A stretch of 53,800 nt of DNA, taken from a virus (taxonomy: Duplodnaviria; Caudoviricetes). This document shows, in pieces, positions 53,162-53,800 of this stretch (the stretch's first letter is position 1; each line of letters begins with the position of its first letter). The notes under the pieces are model-generated. The model ran no database searches. It saw only the letters and a list, made by a program, of their open reading frames with translations, and had not been told where the DNA came from. The translations under genes were made by a program, and so were the position numbers. The stretch spans positions 1-53,800 of IMG/VR virus record IMGVR_UViG_3300031963_000202; one strand, written 5' to 3'.

Positions 53162-53800
53162 TTAGTTATCGCCCTTGAGGATATCGACTAGCGTGTTAAA
53201 CGCCTTCTGTGTGTCGTTGAGGTCGGGGGTCGCAAACTCTGTTGCTACTTCCATGCCGTCAATTTGAGCGCCTACTTCTGTATTTAATAGGGCTTGTTCG
53301 GTATTTGAATTGCCGAAGGTAGCCTTATTAGTAAGTGTAGGTAGTCCGAAGTCACTAGCGATATTGTCGCGGTGCGTGGTGAGTAATAGTCTTACTGCAC
53401 TACGTTCCTCATCTCCCTCGAAGGAGTTGATATAGCAATAGGTGGCAAACTCCATACCGAGCGCCTTAGCGTTATCTGCGAAGGCTACTAGATTACGGGT
53501 AGAGATAGGGGTGGATATAGTGCCCTTATCAAACTCTGTGCGGAGTTGGTTCGCCATATCTAATAGGGCTTTGCTACCGAGTAACTTCTGTTCAATAGCA
53601 TTATCGTATGGGAATACTAGGCGCTCGGGGAATCGGTCGGCTAGTGCTTGGTTGAGTGGGCGTGTGCCTCGGTAGTCAGGGTTCATGTCTGCCACGATAA
53701 GTAGGTCAGGGTGAGCCTTGATAACCTCGCCACCATTTTCCATGAGTTGAATCTCACGACGGTAATCTAATAGGCTAAAGATAAAGGTGAGAAAACGCTC
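53162..53800 (-). CDS. MoxR/CobS-like AAA+ ATPase, C-terminal part (continues beyond the right edge)
   Basis: Frame is open to the edge; AHP...ADMNPDYRGTRPLNQALADRF, ISTRNL. Confidence 0.9.
   Translation of the reverse strand, partial: ERFLTFIFSLLDYRREIQLMENGGEVIKAHPDLLIVADMNPDYRGTRPLNQALADRFPERLVFPYDNAIEQKLLGSKALLDMANQLRTEFDKGTISTPISTRNLVAFADNAKALGMEFATYCYINSFEGDEERSAVRLLLTTHRDNIASDFGLPTLTNKATFGNSNTEQALLNTEVGAQIDGMEVATEFATPDLNDTQKAFNTLVDILKGDN

Larger units (their letters stand above)
50204..53286 (-). repeat. Dispersed 15-bp motif TAAATACRGAAGTAG
   Basis: Copies at 50204-50218, 50217-50229 (partial tandem), 51212-51226 and 53272-53286, all in the same orientation. Confidence 0.7.

Overview
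The whole window is bacteriophage DNA from a contractile-tailed (myovirus-like) phage that probably infects an Actinobacterium (WhiB, FmdB zinc ribbon, MSMEG_6728-type glycosylase, leaderless promoters). Layout: end of a tail-fibre cluster, GT2 glycosyltransferase, neck genes and four Lys-rich microproteins (1-5.8 kb); an AFP/PVC/T4-like tail and baseplate operon (5.9-19.8 kb); holin; replication block with initiator, DnaC, DnaB, DnaG, dNMP kinase and SNF2 (20-27.7 kb); three tRNAs; SSB, PolA, RecA, resolvases, WhiB and Cas4-like nuclease (28-36.5 kb); SpoVS, Hsp20, phosphoesterase and many unknowns; a nucleotidyltransferase / HAD-like / TGT-like triad; class II RNR; then a convergent minus-strand block of microproteins and a MoxR-AAA/vWA pair. 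No integrase, capsid, terminase, endolysin, reverse transcriptase or CRISPR array is visible. Best leads: a start-less tail-chaperone ORF reachable by a +1 frameshift at UUU-CGU; the NTase plus two apparently catalytically degenerate enzymes; recurring hairpins that hide ribosome-binding sites; five leaderless promoters; a spike protein with a His-rich insert in place of a beta-helix; a repeated 15-bp directional motif; and two candidate ncRNAs. All product calls come from reading motifs by eye, not from database searches.
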